A stretch of 64,000 nucleotides of DNA from Balanoglossus misakiensis (lineage: Eukaryota > Animalia > Hemichordata). A model generated the notes under the pieces. It made no database searches. It had not been told where the DNA came from and was given only the letters and a program-made list of their open reading frames with translations. Within the stretch, counting starts at the first letter, position 1; each line of letters begins with the position of its first letter. A program made the translations under genes and the position numbers. Positions 38,758 through 54,556 of this stretch are shown here, piece by piece. Location of the stretch: assembly GCA_040954595.2 (NCBI GenBank), contig CM082587.2, positions 12,178,153 through 12,242,152 on the forward strand, read 5' to 3'.

Positions 38758-39275
38758 ATATACATGTGACTGCAGTGTCTTTCCAATCATGAATTTGCAA
38801 GGTGTCCTTCGGAGAAAATCTTCCGATTCTCTTTTCTGATTTGCTTTGCATATTTAACTTAATGATCTCATTTGTTGGAATTCCCTGTCTCAAATTTTTG
38901 ATGATCAGTCTCTGCCCCATTGCTCATCGTCCCAACTTTCTGATGATATATGGATGATAGATGGGATCAAATCTTTGGTCGTGTATTTGCTACAAATGGT
39001 AGGTATTGGTTCGTGATTGAGTCTTTGTGTTGTATATTTGGGGTCGCAGTGGTATGAGTTTGGATTTATGCCAATCTTTAAGTTAAGTGTTATTTGGGTT
39101 GCCGTTGAGCATTGATGGCTTGATAAGTGGGGCTAGGGTCAATTTTGATTGGGTTTGGATTGTTTGGGCTATGATAGGTTGGGTGATGGCTAGGATTTGT
39201 GGTGGGTATAAGGTGTGGTGTAAGAGATGGAGGCATTATGGGGTCTGGTGAGGTTTTTGTGAAGGAGGCCATGGT

Positions 39276-41300
39276 GGCTGCAGAATTCAGGGCATGCTGT
39301 AGCGGTTGAATGCATGATGATGGTAAACCACAGAGTATTGCATTGCAGTAGTCCAGTTTTGATGTGATTAGAGCATGAACCAGCATCTGGCAAACTTCCT
39401 TAGTGAGGTAACGGCGAATGTGGCTGATTTGACGCAGATGGAAGAAAATTGACTTGCAAATTGCATTAATGTGCTTATTGAAAGTGTAATTGTCGTCGAA
39501 TGTCACACCTATATTCCGTGCAGAATTCACAATTTGAACACAACATGATCCAATGCTCATGTGGTTTATGGGACGAGGCGAGCGGTTGAACTGAGACCTT
39601 ATCAGGAGTACCTCGGGTTTGCCAACATTTAGTTGAAGTTTATTATGTGTCATCCAGGTTTTTATTTCGTGAACTGCCCTTTCCATCTTGTCTAATGTAC
39701 TTATGGTGTCTAACTGGAAGAAATATTGGTATAGTTGGTTGTCATCGGCATATTGGTGAAAATTGATGTTGTGGTGACAAATAAGTTGAGCAAGTGGTTG
39801 GATGTAGCTGCAGAACAAAAGTGGGCCAAGCACTGAACCGTGTGGTACTCCATATTGTAGATATTGAGGTTCTGACATTGTGCCATACAAACTGCTGTCT
39901 GTTCTTAAGATATGATGAGAACCATTGTAGTGCGATGTTGGTGATGCCCAGTTTTGATAACCTTGAGATGATTGTGTCGTGATCTATGGTATCAAACACA
40001 GAGGAGAGATCGAGGAGAACCATGAGTACACATTTACCGGCATCCAGTGCCATACAAATATCGTTGTTGACTTTAGTAAGTGCTGTTTCGGTACTGTGAT
40101 CCTTTCGGTACGCTGACTGCAGTGGTTCTTGTAGTGAGTTGGTAGTCAAATATGATGTCAGTTGTTGTGCTACAATCTTCCCGATTACTTTTGACAGGAA
40201 GGTTAGGTTTGAAACTGGTCTATAGTTCTTGAAAATGTTTTTGTCGAGCGAAGGTTTCTTGAGTATATTGGTGTGATGACTGCTATTTTAAGTTATTCAG
40301 GAACAGTTCCAGTTTTGAGTGACAAATTGATAATTGTGGCTATGATAGTGAGCAGATTACCAAGACATTGCTTATCAAGTGCTGTAGGGATGAGATCAAG
40401 TACACGTGTTTTAGATGGAGACTGACGGGTTGGTTATAAGCTGATATGGCTGAGGAGAGGTCATTTGGAGGCTAGGACATTTGATGTATTTTGTCGAGAT
40501 CATGGCTGAAACTATCAATTGAAATGGCAGATATGACGATAAGATATTTGACGTCTACTGTGTGTTGGTTTCGGAAGAGCAAGTTTTGCATTGACAGAAT
40601 TGTGATCAGAGAGTTCCAAGCAGTCTACAGAGACACTCTTGATGTTAGACGCAGAGTTAGATAAGATGAGATCAAGAGTATGACCCTTTCTGTGTGTTGG
40701 TTGTTGGACCCATTGTTTCAGATTACAGGCGCTGATGATTCCATTGAATTTCTGTGTTACTGGATTCTTATCATCTTCTAGGTGAATATTGAAATCTCCT
40801 ACGATGAAGAGATTACTTGAGCAGGTGACATACTTCTCAAGTGTTGTACTGAACTCTTCCATGAACTGTGGTGCGGTGAATTTATTATTAACTGATGGTG
40901 GTGGACGGTAGACAAGAATTATTTTCATGGAAAGTTTCTGGTGAAGAATAGTTGCTTCCGCTGCCTCAAAAGATTTAACAGAAAGAATAGGCTTCCAAGC
41001 TGTTTATTTTAGTGCTAGCTTATGAATTTAAGCTAAGCCTCCACCGATCTTGCCAACCCCAGGTAGATGTTTGACAGCATAGCCTGGTGGTGTACATTCA
41101 GCCATTACGTGTTCGTCACCAGATTCCTTCAACCATGTTTCAGTGAGTACAAGAATATCAATTTCTTTATCTGTGATGTAGTCTGCAATGTCTAATGATT
41201 TGCATCTAGCTGAGCGGACATTCCATGTAGAGAGTAGAAGTTCACACGTATTGTGGAAAGGGTGGATCTTGGATACTGCATAGTCACTCTTCAATAGATA
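39276..41300 (-). mobile_element. L2-type LINE, copy 3
   Basis: ORFs 39090-39890, 39742-40149, 40515-40928, 41028-41294. Confidence 0.92.
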
Positions 41301-42252
41301 TTTAGTGACTCGCTAACTGTTGCGATTCGTGTGTGTGTAATTTACGTACTTCAAGTTAAATATCGCAACTAGCCGTAATGTTTGACTAGGGGGAGCACCT
41401 ATACTAATGCGAGTACCAGGGATTGAAAGTTGCACCTGTATTTTGATCCCTTAGTTACCCTTATAAGTACATTTGTAGTTTAATAACCATAGTTCTATTG
41501 CAAACCATTCTTTCCGTAGTTTCTTGTTTCAAATATTGTAATCTGAATTTATTTTGATGTTTAACAGGTGTGATTATCTGTATTTGCGGCCATTTTGAAA
41601 AAAAATTGGTTGCCATGGAAACTCTTCAACAGATATTTAGTGACTCGCTGTCTGAATTTGTTCAGTACACATTAACACACATCTGAGCCAAGTTTGGTGC
41701 TTTTATCACAAAATACACAATCGATATGAAAATTTGGGTTTTGGTGCTCCACTACCTAAGTAACATTAAGGATGTACGTTCAATAAAATGGAAAGTATTG
41801 TCATTTTTTTTAATTGTGGATTTTTTTATTCTCTTTTGTATGTATAATGAAAATCCGTAATAAAATATAGGGGTCACCGCGCTTGTTTTTGAAATACAGA
41901 GCCATGAAATTGGTCGATAATAGAAGAAATCTGCTGACTCAGCATTTTTCACCAATGGTTTGTTTGTCTATGGCCAAAATTCTTAATGCAATTTATCTCA
42001 AAAAAGAGCGCGGTGACCCCTATATTTTATTTGACCAATGAATTTATATTTGCTGGACTGAGCTATGTGTAAAATTTCGTGAAAATGACAATAGTAGAAG
42101 TTTGTTTTCTGGCGATTATCAATGTAATCCTATGGGAAAAAGACCGGACACGCAGTGTTTCCGGTTTATGTTCTGCACGTACATCCTTGATGAAGTTTGC
42201 TGGCTAGAGGGCTCCTAAACCTCCTTAATAGTTGACGTCTTCACTCCTACAG

Positions 42253-44894
42253 GACTGCGCAGCTGGAAGTTAAAGTTCAGCATGTTCTGAAGCATGCACG
42301 CTGTGTCCAGGGGTTTCATGTGTGGAACAGCCAGCCTCTCATCACCAACACAATGCGGACTGGGATATTTTGCCAACAATGGAAGTATAGACTGTACGCC
42401 TTGTCCTGCCCCGGGTATAAGTGCCAATATGATGGTATGTCGGAGCCAGAGGTGTGTGAAGATGGATACTACACTAATATAGATGGTGAGTCAGCACTTA
42501 AAGTTTGGGCATTACTGTGTAATCTTTCACTTAAAGGCACGTAAGCTGTAACTTTTGGGATAATTTTCATAATTTTTGTTTAAAACTGCACTACCATTAG
42601 TCCATGCAGATGAAGGCAGTGAACTATACACAATCATTATAAACCCTAAATATGAGTGCATATGCAAGTTTTAACCAGATAAATAATAAAGCTTTGCCGC
42701 AAGCGATTATGGCCGCCACCCTGGGAAAATGCAAGAAACCATGAAAATGTTGCATTTCCGGTTTTGAAACTTCATAAACAAAACATGATCTCATCCACTT
42801 GAGCTCATGGAAGTAAATGTACACCACTGAGACATCAGATTTCCATTTTTCATTGCAATATTGCACTTTTTTTAAAATTGCAGGAATTTTCGTTTTTTCT
42901 TTAATTTTTGGCCATTGTGTCATAAATAAGTGTTGAGCTTGATATATTATCATGAAATATCATTTAATAGACATAATTAAAAGCATATATGAGATTATTT
43001 AAAACTTTAATTTTTTTATCCAGTTGCAGCTTACGTGCCTTTAAGGCGGACAATCATCTTATGTGCATGTACGTAATTCTGTGCGTACAAACATTACGTC
43101 CAGTCCAAATATTCTGCCAATTTTACATCCAATGCATTCAAATAGTGGACTGCTTCGCTTTCATCCAGTTTTCATGTGCATCGTATAAGTAGACTTTTGT
43201 TTTGTCCCGTCTTTTCACCAAATTTGCTCTTTTCCAAATCTCCGACACAGACTATGATCGTCACGATCTTGTCTGTTGTTAGAACAGCACACTGCCGTAT
43301 GGCATTGACTGTACACAGTTTCTGTTACCAATATCTCTGGATTGGCATTTTCCTGTCCTCAATCTTTTGCCAGGGATTTTTGTCTCCCCAACCCGCGTGA
43401 GAATCCCACGTCTTTGAAGGTATGACTGTGACTATAAGATTCTATAAATCTCTGTTTATTTTCAGCACAAACATCATGTGCTGATTGCCCAGCTGGTAAC
43501 CAATGTCCAAATGGTAACACTGTGATTTTATGCTCGGCTGGTTATTACAGTTCGGCCTTGGACAAAGGATGTCTCGCTGTACCTCTTGCATAACAGGTAA
43601 ACTTCTACCCACCCACCTTTATTTCCAACATCAAACATTAGGTCAGGTAATTTACTAACTGAAAAATAGGATGGGATCATTTTCTATTTCTGTATTTAAA
43701 ATTTACTGATATAATATATGAATGAAAAAATGACAATTTTTCCAAATTTGAATAGACCTCTATTTATGAAAATAATTAAAATTTGCACCAAATTTTTACA
43801 GTGGTATTCAAAGGTTAACTTGGTGTGTAAATTCTCTGTTTGATTTACAGATCAGCTGGTGCTGAACATTGTACTATTTGTGAGCAAGGGTACGCCTGCA
43901 TAGATCCCAGTGCATCGCAATTCAAGTGTACCAAGGGTTACGTGTCATTGGCTGGTGCAACAAACTGTACCAGATGTACAAATGGTAAGATTGTGGTACT
44001 TGTTCAGTTTGCTGTGTGATGAAACTGAGGGGTATGTGTGTTTGCATGTATGTGTTTACAACAGATTTTCAAGTCAGTGCGACTGGGGGTATGTGTGTGT
44101 GTGTATGTATGTATGTGTTTACAACAGATTATCAACTCAGTGCGAGATCTTGCGAGACCCGGTTAGCCATGTGAGATCTCGCAGAGTCTTATGATATTCA
44201 GAAAATGGTTGATTAGAAATGACGTTTAATGTCCTCCAAAGAATTTTCTACATGCCTGTATACTTGTCTCAGAATTATGAAGTGAATCATCTCAAGTAAT
44301 TTGTTATTTTAAATGACACTGTATCACAAATACATCACTAAAAACCTCATTTTCTTTAATCAGATGAAATAAGTGAGGAGCCTGCACGCACATCCTGTCT
44401 TCTGTGCCCTGCTGGACAATCGTGTAAAGATCCAATGTAAGATCCGCTCGACTGTGGCAATGGTGAATATGCTATGGAAGGCGACGGCACATGCACGCCT
44501 TGTCCAGCGGGATCCAAGTGTCCAACCATGTCACCCGTAGTGGATTGTTCAACAGTTACTGGTAAGTTGGGCTGCAAATCACTCTTGTGACTTCCCTGTG
44601 TTATAGCATGGCATACACAGAAAATTAAACTGTTATGCTTATTGGAGTTGATATTGTGATGCACTTTGAAAAACACAATGATTCCACTGAAGAGGTATTG
44701 TACAGTAAAACCTGTGATTACGGACATCTCTCTAATAAGGGATCGTTGGACCAAACCATGGTGGTAAAAATCGTTCTTTGAATTTTTTCTGTGATAGGTT
44801 CATACTCGCTAGGTTCGGCCACGTCCTTCTGGTTATGAATGCACAACTACAAGTGTCACACAGTGCGCTACAGGGCAGTAAAGTGCTGAAGGAG
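42253..44894 (+). pseudogene. CPAGxxC repeat gene fragment, copy 3
   Basis: Colinear with 8700-11402, same lesions. Confidence 0.8.
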
Positions 44895-45710
44895 GTAAGT
44901 CTTGAAATCCCTTTTCTTCTTGTCTCGATTTGAACATGGTTCCACAAGTTGTTTACATCACTTGTAGTTTTACATATTTTTTGAGTTCAACAGCTTGCTA
45001 TACATGGTGTCCTGAGAAGTCAACCAGTATGAGAAGTCGGTCTCGGCCAGTACGAGAAGTCGGCCTGTGGGAGAGAACCCTGGTACTTTGTGTTATATAT
45101 AACTGTTTCACTACGAAATGTTTCCTTGATGTACAGGAGCTGAGATATTTGTACAAATAGCCGATGAATTTTAAAACTGTCTGTTCACTTTTCATGTACG
45201 TCACCGGGGTACGTCAACATCAGTCACCTGCACTTCTTGAGCTGCGCCAGTAGTCTGTTCCTTGTCACGTTTGTTTGTTTGTTTGTTTGGTGTTGTCTCA
45301 GAAAGTATGAATATACACATACATCTTCTATGTATTTTAGTAGGCTTTGAAACAACTCCCTTTAATCAGAAATGTCACAGGAATTTGGCGAACAACCTAA
45401 GCTCCTTATGCGGATACGGGGCTGGGGAATTGGTACGGATGCCAGACGCCATTATTTGAAATGACGCCATTGTGTTGTCAAGAATTTGGGAAATCCGTCC
45501 AAATGAAAATATTTAGTGCAATTATATTTTATTAAGTGTTGTTATAAGTAATCTAGGTCATTACTGCACTATTCGGGTACAAGTTCAACAACTGGCCGAC
45601 TTCTCATACTGGCCGACTTCTCATGCGCGCGAACTGGCCGACTTCTAATCTGGCCGACTTCTCATGTATTCCTATACATTATTGAAAATTGGGCAAACTG
45701 GTGTTTTCAG

Positions 45711-48700
45711 ACAACTTATGAAGTCCTTGTCTCAATGGAGGTACCTGCCAACAACAGGTAAATTCTTGTACTGCCACAATTTGCATGTGCACAGAGTGTT
45801 ACTAGGGAACCAGTTGTGAGACAAGTAAGTTTGAATCTGTAGCAGTTAATAATGATAATTATCATTTTTTTATTATGATTTAAACTTCACTGATGTTGTA
45901 CAAACACAAAAATAGAAAGGAATAGCAGCTTAGCTCTATTCCGTTTCGAAAGTTTTTGTTCTTTTAAACTACCTGTGCATTTTTTTTATTTATTCTGATT
46001 ATGCTAATATGCTAATTTGTCGGTTTGTCACATCACAATTTTTGTAGGAAACTCACCCCTGATGATCATGGAAAATTTGACCCTTTTCCTTGCAGGACTC
46101 AACCAGTGTCAACCAAATCCGTGCCAGAATGGTGGCTTCTGTCAACCGGCTCGAAATTCCTGCTTTGATCTCACCTGCATATGTACTGGTTGCTACAAAG
46201 GTGATAGGTGTGAGATATGTAAGTATACAGCGCAGTCTCATTCAAATACTGCATGTTTCCTGAGCATAGGTGTAGCCATCACCACAGCAGAGCTTGGAGA
46301 GTTCTTGACATCGAATGTAAGATTACACTCTTTCCAATCAAAATCACTTTCGTGGCGCATAATGTCTTGATTGTCTTGGTTCAAGAAACATTATGCGCGA
46401 CTGGCCAATTTTACTGCCTTTTGTCAACACACATCCACTATGGAAATTCTCACTCCAGGCCAGATAGTGTAAATTTACATATGAGTCTACAGGTGTGCTT
46501 GAAGTCAAGTCAAGCATTTGCAAGGAACCCTCCTCCAGTACACAGGTCTTTGATTTCATGAAGGGAAGCCCTTGCCTCACAGTCACTGCCACGTGATCTA
46601 TGGAGGTGTGAACAACTTGATACCAGCCTAATATAAGTTGTAGGCACAATCACTCCACACACCCTTGCCATAATTCTGCAAGGTTTTTGCCATATCTGTA
46701 CTGTAGAATGAGTAGCAAGGAATAAAATGGCGTCCTTTCTTAATTTCCAGTGCAAAACCCCTGTGATCCCAACCCATGTATGAATGGTGGATTTTGCCAG
46801 CAAACATCGTGCAATTTCTATTCATGCCAGTGTGTGAACTCTTACACAGGTGACATCTGTCAAACCATAGACCCTAGAGAAAGAAGGGCGAGCAACTGCG
46901 GCAAAGATCAAAGGGTTTGGGGATTATCTGTATGATGATGTTTTTTTTGTATATAATTAACACCCAGGACAGTCGGACAATGACTTCCTTACTTCGGCAC
47001 GTGTCGACCCCACCAGTGATGCGAAAACTTGCCACCAAACTGGCACTACTGCATTTCAGCAGCCACTGCGTTTTTTTCTAAAATTCTAAAAGTATTACGA
47101 TGTCTGTGCTAATTATTATGGTTTGGTGTTCGTCTGTCGGTTGAACGGTCATTTCTAGTGCCACAAGCTTCATTTAAAAATTGTAAACAAATCATCCATG
47201 TTTTTTGCATGTCCGACTGGGCACTCATATTTCTTAGTAACGCTGACACTTTTCGTAATAATTTTATGTTTGCGTGAAGCATTGAAATAAAAATTGTGGT
47301 TTAGGGGCATTTTATTTCGCAGTGCGTGAACAATAAAACAGATTTCACGAAAACAATTGGTAAACAAACTGGGTGGATTATCATGTGTGCGCTATGGCCG
47401 CCAGGCAACCCTCGGTACGGTTAGCTCACAGCCTTGTGAAATACCCGGACTGTTAGACAAAAGATGCTTGTTTTGGACGCTGTCAGACTCAGATTCAAAT
47501 TCCTGTTTAACTTGTCCAGATGTGTTCCATAAATAATCGCTGCGTTCAACCACGTTGCAGTTTTCTCGTCTTCTGCGAGATGTTCTGAGGTGTTGTGATA
47601 ACTTCACACAAAACACGAGACTTTGCGTTAGTTTATACACAGTTTATTTGCAAATTTGATTATTGGGATTTATCTGGAAATAATGTATGCAAAAGAACAT
47701 CATTTCAAGAAAAAACTGGAGTTGCGCGTCCTTCTTTCTCTAGGGTCCATGATCAAACAAGTGAGTATATACTTTCAAGACACCCTGCAAACAAACAAGC
47801 CATCTTCATTCCGTAGATCTTTTAAGCTTATTTATACATTGTAAATTTTGATGTGAAACTTTATTGGTCTTGTTGCCAAACTTCTGAAGAAATGAGGATA
47901 TTGTTTTGAAGGGTATTTTATCAGTAGGTAACAAATACTATGGCCCTCCATGCAAATACCCACATGGTAAATTAAAACTGTTACAGATGTATTTGATTTC
48001 CACATATTGATTACATGTGGGATAATATTGGGTGCTGGCAGTTTCAGTAAATGAACTGCTCTTAAAAGTTGGGCGTCAGGGCACCCTTGATTTTGCCTGT
48101 TCCAAGCTAGAATAGTCTGTCCATATGAATATTTGTTCAGCAAGTTACAAGCAATCTTTTAAGTTTGGAATGAAAAAATAGTGAAATGACTTGTGATGTT
48201 AATATGCAATTGTTGGTTGATTTACATGCAACCCCCAGGACTCGATCAATGTTCTCCCAATCCGTACATGAACAACGGTATCTGTGAGCCAATCAGTGGA
48301 TCGTGCAGTGCGTTTACCTGTCGCTGTCAAGGCCTTATCATTGGAATCACCTGTGACCAAGGTAAATTTATCAGACGAGGAACTGTTTTTCCCCCCTCAT
48401 ACCGGTATATTTGTCATAGCTGGCAGCTATGAAATTACCTGTATATTTAGGATGTGACAAACCAAATAGGCACTTTCAGGAATTGAGTCTTTTTTTGCAA
48501 TTACTAAGTCCTAAACTCCCAAAAGTATAATAAGTAATTCTTATTGTTCAGTTATACATTAAGGAGGCTTAGTTATAGGAGAACCCGATAGAACCACAGC
48601 TGTAGGAATTAAGGAAATGGTCATACCCTAAAACCTTATGTCACTACTATTTATTTATTTTCATTCCATTGAAACAGAACAAACTCCATGTAGGCCAAGT

Positions 48701-51700
48701 CCATGCCTGAACAATGGGCAGTGTACTCGGCTGTCGTGTACAACTTATGAGTGTACTTGTCCAGGATGTTTCACCGGCACACACTGCAGCCAGTGTAAAA
48801 CTCATTAAAACAAACATTTTGTCATGCAGGAACTAACATTTACAATCATGTCTCAATACATTGTCTGTTGGTCATACTTTATATTTTCATCTTCAGCATC
48901 ACACCTTGGGCCTTGGGAATCGTTCACCTCAAAAATGATGTACAACTGAAAGAAAACATGTTTATTTGAAGAAAAAAATGTTGATCGTTCATGAAAATTT
49001 TCCCTACACAAGATACATATACAGAGATTTTCATAGCCCCACAAGTGCGTCCCAGAATGAGCAAGTTGTTTTTGGAAGTGAAGTTCTGTTCAGTATTTAC
49101 AGTAATGGTAATGATGATGTTTTTATCAAACAGATTTTGAAAGTAAATATTGCTGAGATAACATTAGGTTGCACTTTTTATTGCAGTCCAAGATCCATGC
49201 CAGCGAAACAGCTGTCTCAACGGGGCTGTATGTAATGCAGTGGCCAACTCCTGCACGGCATATACCTGTGCCTGTACTGGTTGCTATGAGGGTAACCGTT
49301 GTGAAATATGTAAGTTTCTGACGTACCGTAAATGACAATCTTTTGGGCACTTTCTCTTCATGGCAATTGAATTGTGTGGTAACTTCTCATTTCTAAAATT
49401 TCCACAAGAGAAAAGAAAACAGAAATTTCATTTGTATGTCCGTGCAATTTAGGATAGGCACGAACTTGTGAGGAAATGTACGAAGCTGGATGTTTTCATC
49501 ACTCAAATATACAAGAGTTGCCTCTTGAAGACTAGTGTCTGTAGAGATAATTGTGCATATGAGGTAATCTCTCCTAAGGTGGTGCACACATCTGAGTATT
49601 AAGTAAAAGAGACATCCTTAATTATCCTTACTATTTGGCTTGAAAAATCAATCTTACTAGGTGTTCTGATTAGAGAGGTGTCCATAAAGACAGGTTTTAC
49701 TGTATTACCCAAAATAGAGACATTGTCCCTTCATCATATACTTAATGCGTGTTCTGGGTATGGTTCCAGTATAATGCTTGTGTCAAAGGATTTTGTTGTG
49801 GTGCAGGAATCATCTTTGGTTGAGGTGTAGCCATCTGCATTTCATGTTTTTTAAACTATTTTTTTTCTGATAGTCATTAACCCATGTGATCAGAATCCGT
49901 GTCAAAATGGAGGCTATTGTTCCCAAACACCAAATTCTTATACTGACTACACCTGTTACTGCCAGTAGTGTTGGACTGGGGCCATCTGTGCCGTAGGTGT
50001 GTCGAATTACTGTTTTATGACACAGCGTGGTATATAAACCCTCATTTTTGGTATTCTCAATGTGATAGATGGACCCATACACCAATAAATGGGGTGGAAG
50101 CATTACTAAGTTTCATCCTTTCAAAATTTGCTGATGTAGGGTCAAAATTGAGTGTGAGGTGCATGTTAAAAAGGAAAGCCTTCTGTATCATGTTGACGGC
50201 ACATTTTTTAATTTTTCAAGATTCTTACAGAAAAATCCTAGCAATAGCATCATTATGTTATTTTAAATGTACAGGTTTGAAACAAGGAATGAAGACATTG
50301 CTCACATATTTAAACGAAATGAACATCACAAGTACATGTACAAGTTTTTGACAAGCAGGTAATTGATACTTTCATTTTTGTTTTGGCAGCCATTGATCAG
50401 TTATACTCTATGCCTTGTCAAAATGGTGGCACATGCGTTGCGCGAGACGGCTGTTTCCTGTTTGACTGTATGTGTACCGAATGCTTCACTGGTGCCACAT
50501 GTACAATGCGTATGTACAAACCAATATTATTTTATTCAATGCAAAACACTTGTTATGTATTATATAATATAAGTACGGTACACATATTAAAGCCCTGGTA
50601 ACTCAAACTTTGGGCTAGCTTAATGCTATCACTATTTTTGTTTTCGGTTGCAACTGTGGTTTCTTGTCACACTCTAAAGGATTTCACAGCATTTGGTTTT
50701 TCAAAACAGCCCTTTGGTTGTTGTCATGTATACATGTACATGACTGTGGAGTGTAGTTTGTAGATTCTGTAATTTTGACAATATCTTGACTGCACATCCC
50801 ACAGCTGTCAACCAGTGTCAACCCATCCAGTGTCAGAATGGTGGAAACTGTGTGCTGACGCCCAATTGGTGTACTGAATTCACATGCTCCTGTACAAGCT
50901 GTTACTCCGGCGATTTATGTCAGACATGTGAGTGATTTTAAATTTCAGATGAAGAGGAACATAATAACATAACACATAATCGGCTTGCAGTTGGTTTCTT
51001 CCAACCTGTATCAAACAGTGAATAACGACACAATTTTGGGGAAATTTATTAAGAATGTGTGTGCCATAAAAGGGGATTGTGTATTTGACCAAACAACAAC
51101 CTGCACCGTATGGTACACTAAGACACTATTACACCTGTGTCAAAATTTCATTACGTTTCTTTTGTTGAACATGGAAGAAATTTGTCACAGTGATGTTCTG
51201 TTGACCAACTGAGATTTTTACCACTCAACCCTGACTGCACAAATCTGTTTAAAGTATATGTAGTAAATATTAACTGTACACAATTTATATCACTTTCTCT
51301 TCTGTGCACAGATTTGAATCCGTGTCAGCCCAACCCTTGTCTAAACAGTGGATTCTGCCAGAAAGTGTCCTGCACCGAGTTCAGATGCCAGAGTTCGCGC
51401 TGTTTCATCGGAACCACGTGCGCTGAACGTAAGCAAACCAGTGTCAGATTTGCCGCACAAAGTAGAAATCGCTGGGCTTTGTCATTGATATTGTCTCAAT
51501 AAAGTTGCCTGTGATTGTGCAGCTAACCAAGAGACTTATATGCACTACCGTAGCCATGATGTATACTTTCATTGACTCAAATGCTCATCAGAGTAGATGT
51601 TGCTATTTTTCCAACCGTAAATTGAAACATCAGAAAGTTATGACATCAACTACCCCCACCCCCACCCCACCCCACCCCCAACTAGTAAATATTATAAGAT

Positions 51701-54055
51701 GCTGTAATTATGATAAAGATGGTAGCACCAAGCTTGGATCAAGTGGTCTTCATTATCCTTCACACATGAACATGATCACACGGATGTGCAATCTTCTGAC
51801 AGTCTGCTACAGATTTCACTTCCCACTCAAGTGTGTAAGACCCTAATGTGATACTTTTCATTTCTCTCACCCTTAGCGATCAACCAGTGTCTTCTAAACC
51901 CATGTCTGAATAACGGAGTGTATCAGCCACTTCAAGGCTCCTGCTCAATCTACACCTGCAACTGTCCAACCTGCTACACTGGGCAAACATGTGTTACATG
52001 TAAGTCACAAGTTTTTAGGTCCCATTGGTATGTACCATGGGACCTTATGGGATTGGTTACGTCTGTATGTATGGATGGATGGATGGATGGATGTATGTCT
52101 GTATGTCCGTCCACATCGAAAACTTGAAAACCGCAGCGCGTATGACCTCGATATTTGGCGTGTAGATGCAGGCAGGGCTGTAGATGGGAGTTTGTTCAAA
52201 TGAAGATGTCATTGCCAAAAATATGCAAATTAGCTGGGAAAATGTGAAATTGGTCAAAACTCAAAAACTGGACAACCACTGGTCATATTGATTTGAAAAT
52301 TGGTATGCATGTACCTTATATCAACCTCATACAATCCTGTATGTTTTGAGCTAATATTATCGATTTCCTATTTTTTTTGCATTTTTTTGTATTTTTCCAT
52401 GTTATTGGTAAAAAGTCTTTGAAATTTAGTATGAAGCCTCCTAATGTTGTCTAAGTAACCATAGTTTTGTTCAAATTGTTGCAAAATTTGCATATCTATA
52501 ATTTTGAGCAATATTTGCCATTTTTGGTCAAAAAATGTTTTTCTTTAAAACCTCATGCCAGATTGCTTTCCAATTTGGTAGGCATGTTCGTAGGGGTAAC
52601 CTAAATAATATGTTGTAAAAAAAAAAGATATTTGCATAAATGTGTTATCGTGGAAACTTTTGCAATTTTTGTCAAAAATTGTTTTCTCTGAAACCGCTTG
52701 TCCTATTGCATTGAACTTAGGCAGCATGTTCCTTGTAGTGATTGAAGTAAGATATTGTACAATTTTGGTGATATTTGCATATTTGTGTTTTTGCCACTTT
52801 TGAACAAATATTTTCTGTGAAACTGCTTGTTGGATTGCTTTGAAATTAGTTTTTTCTCTGATTGCTTTGAAATTTAGGATATAATTTCATAACACATACC
52901 TGTATATGTGCAACTTTTATTCGGTTCTGAGATCAGAAAGATTAAATATTTAGCGAGTTTTTTTGGTAAGTTTCCTAGTTTTTGGTTAGCAAATCTTCTC
53001 CTAAACAAATTGTCCAGTTGTTTTTAAAGTTACTATTTACAAGGAGTTGTTACCTCGAACAAAGACATGTTTACATAACTTAAATAGGCCAGCTGTTACA
53101 GAGACCACCAGCTATCAAATTTTAATTACCAGTGGCAGGTCAGTGTGTGTCTGTTCCAGGGCTGACTGAAAGAAGTTGCTTCGCATATGTGTTTGTACAG
53201 ACAATTTTTGGTCATTTTTTTTTCTAGCACCACTTGTAAGACTGCCATGACACATGACAGTTTATTGGGCATGTTCCTTGTTAATGTTTTTACATTCCAT
53301 ATTTCTATATGGTCAGATCATATCTGCTTGCAAATGTCACCTGTAATTTTTATTCTGGTGTGTCACTGTTTCCGCATAATCCTCAAATGTCATCAGATCT
53401 CCGAATGTGATGAAAACAGTGTGTTTTGAGTGTTTTTTAAATGACCTTTTGGGTTAAAAGTGGCAAAAATGGCAATTTTGTCTTGAAAGGGGTCAATAAG
53501 ACTGACTTTTTTGGAATCAGCACCATTTTTTACATTGAATGGACTAGTCTGCTCAAACTTTCCTTACCAACAATTCTGTTTAATCTTCTGTAACATGTAT
53601 ACTAGTATACATGTAGCTGCCTGATAGTTTGCCCTGCGTGTGTAATTGCTGAGTGACATAACGCATTCTGTGATTGGTGCAGTCACGTAACCACCAATAA
53701 GATCGCTTGTTATAAGGAGAACTGCACGACCTTTAACCGCATTAGCATACCTGATTTTTAGGGCTCGATATTACCTCTGAGGACGCAATATTTAAGTTGA
53801 AGTTTTTTTCTTTTATCATATTAGAGCAAGAAGACTTGTTTTTATGTAAAAGAAATAGACCCTAATATACAGAGTGCGTTTTGAAACGATAGGCAGGTCC
53901 GGCCCATAGCCTAATTCTTCATTTTTCTGTCATGCGTAGGAATTGATCAGTGCTAACAACCCATGTCAAAATGGCAGCACTTGCCAACCCTAACCTCGTG
54001 TGGGGCATTGACGTGCACCTGCCAAGGATGCTATACTGGGAGCGTTGTGAAAATT
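45711..54055 (+). pseudogene. 12-exon EGF run spanning copies 3 and 4
   Basis: Same exons; private Cys losses in the exon near 48239 (NPYMNN, QGLII). Confidence 0.88.
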
Positions 54056-54556
54056 GTCAGTCAGTTTCTTTTGTCAAATTAATCAATATGTGTGGGACTG
54101 CTATACATGTATATAAAACAGAATACTGCGATGGAAAATTCTATAACTTAATGTTTCACTGGATATATGACTTAAAGTTAGCAGGATGCAGTGAATTCAA
54201 CAGAAAGTGTAATTTCCTCTTGTGTGAGCTCTGTGCGACTGTGCCAATGAAAATCTCACCACAAACAAAAATGACAGGTATACACTGTATATTAGCAGCT
54301 TTGTCTTTGTAATAGCCATAGTGTTTTGAAGTTGAAAACTTGCAAAGTGTGCAGTTTTATTCACACTACAAAGGAAACATTGTTGAAACGGATTATCTGT
54401 GTACATTGTCAAACTGTACACTTGTCGTGAGATTTATTCTCAATTATATTATATCATGCTACCGTCCGCAATTCTGATTGAACGAGAGCTAAATCCAGCG
54501 ATGCTAAAATACTCAATAATGCACTGCTGGCAGTGGTAAAACAGGCTTTCTGTTTG

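Larger units (their letters stand above)
32280..49586 (+). repeat. Macrosatellite unit copy 3. Full-length unit plus a private 325 bp insertion
   Basis: Length 17,307 = ~16,985 consensus plus 325 bp insert, less small indels. Confidence 0.98.
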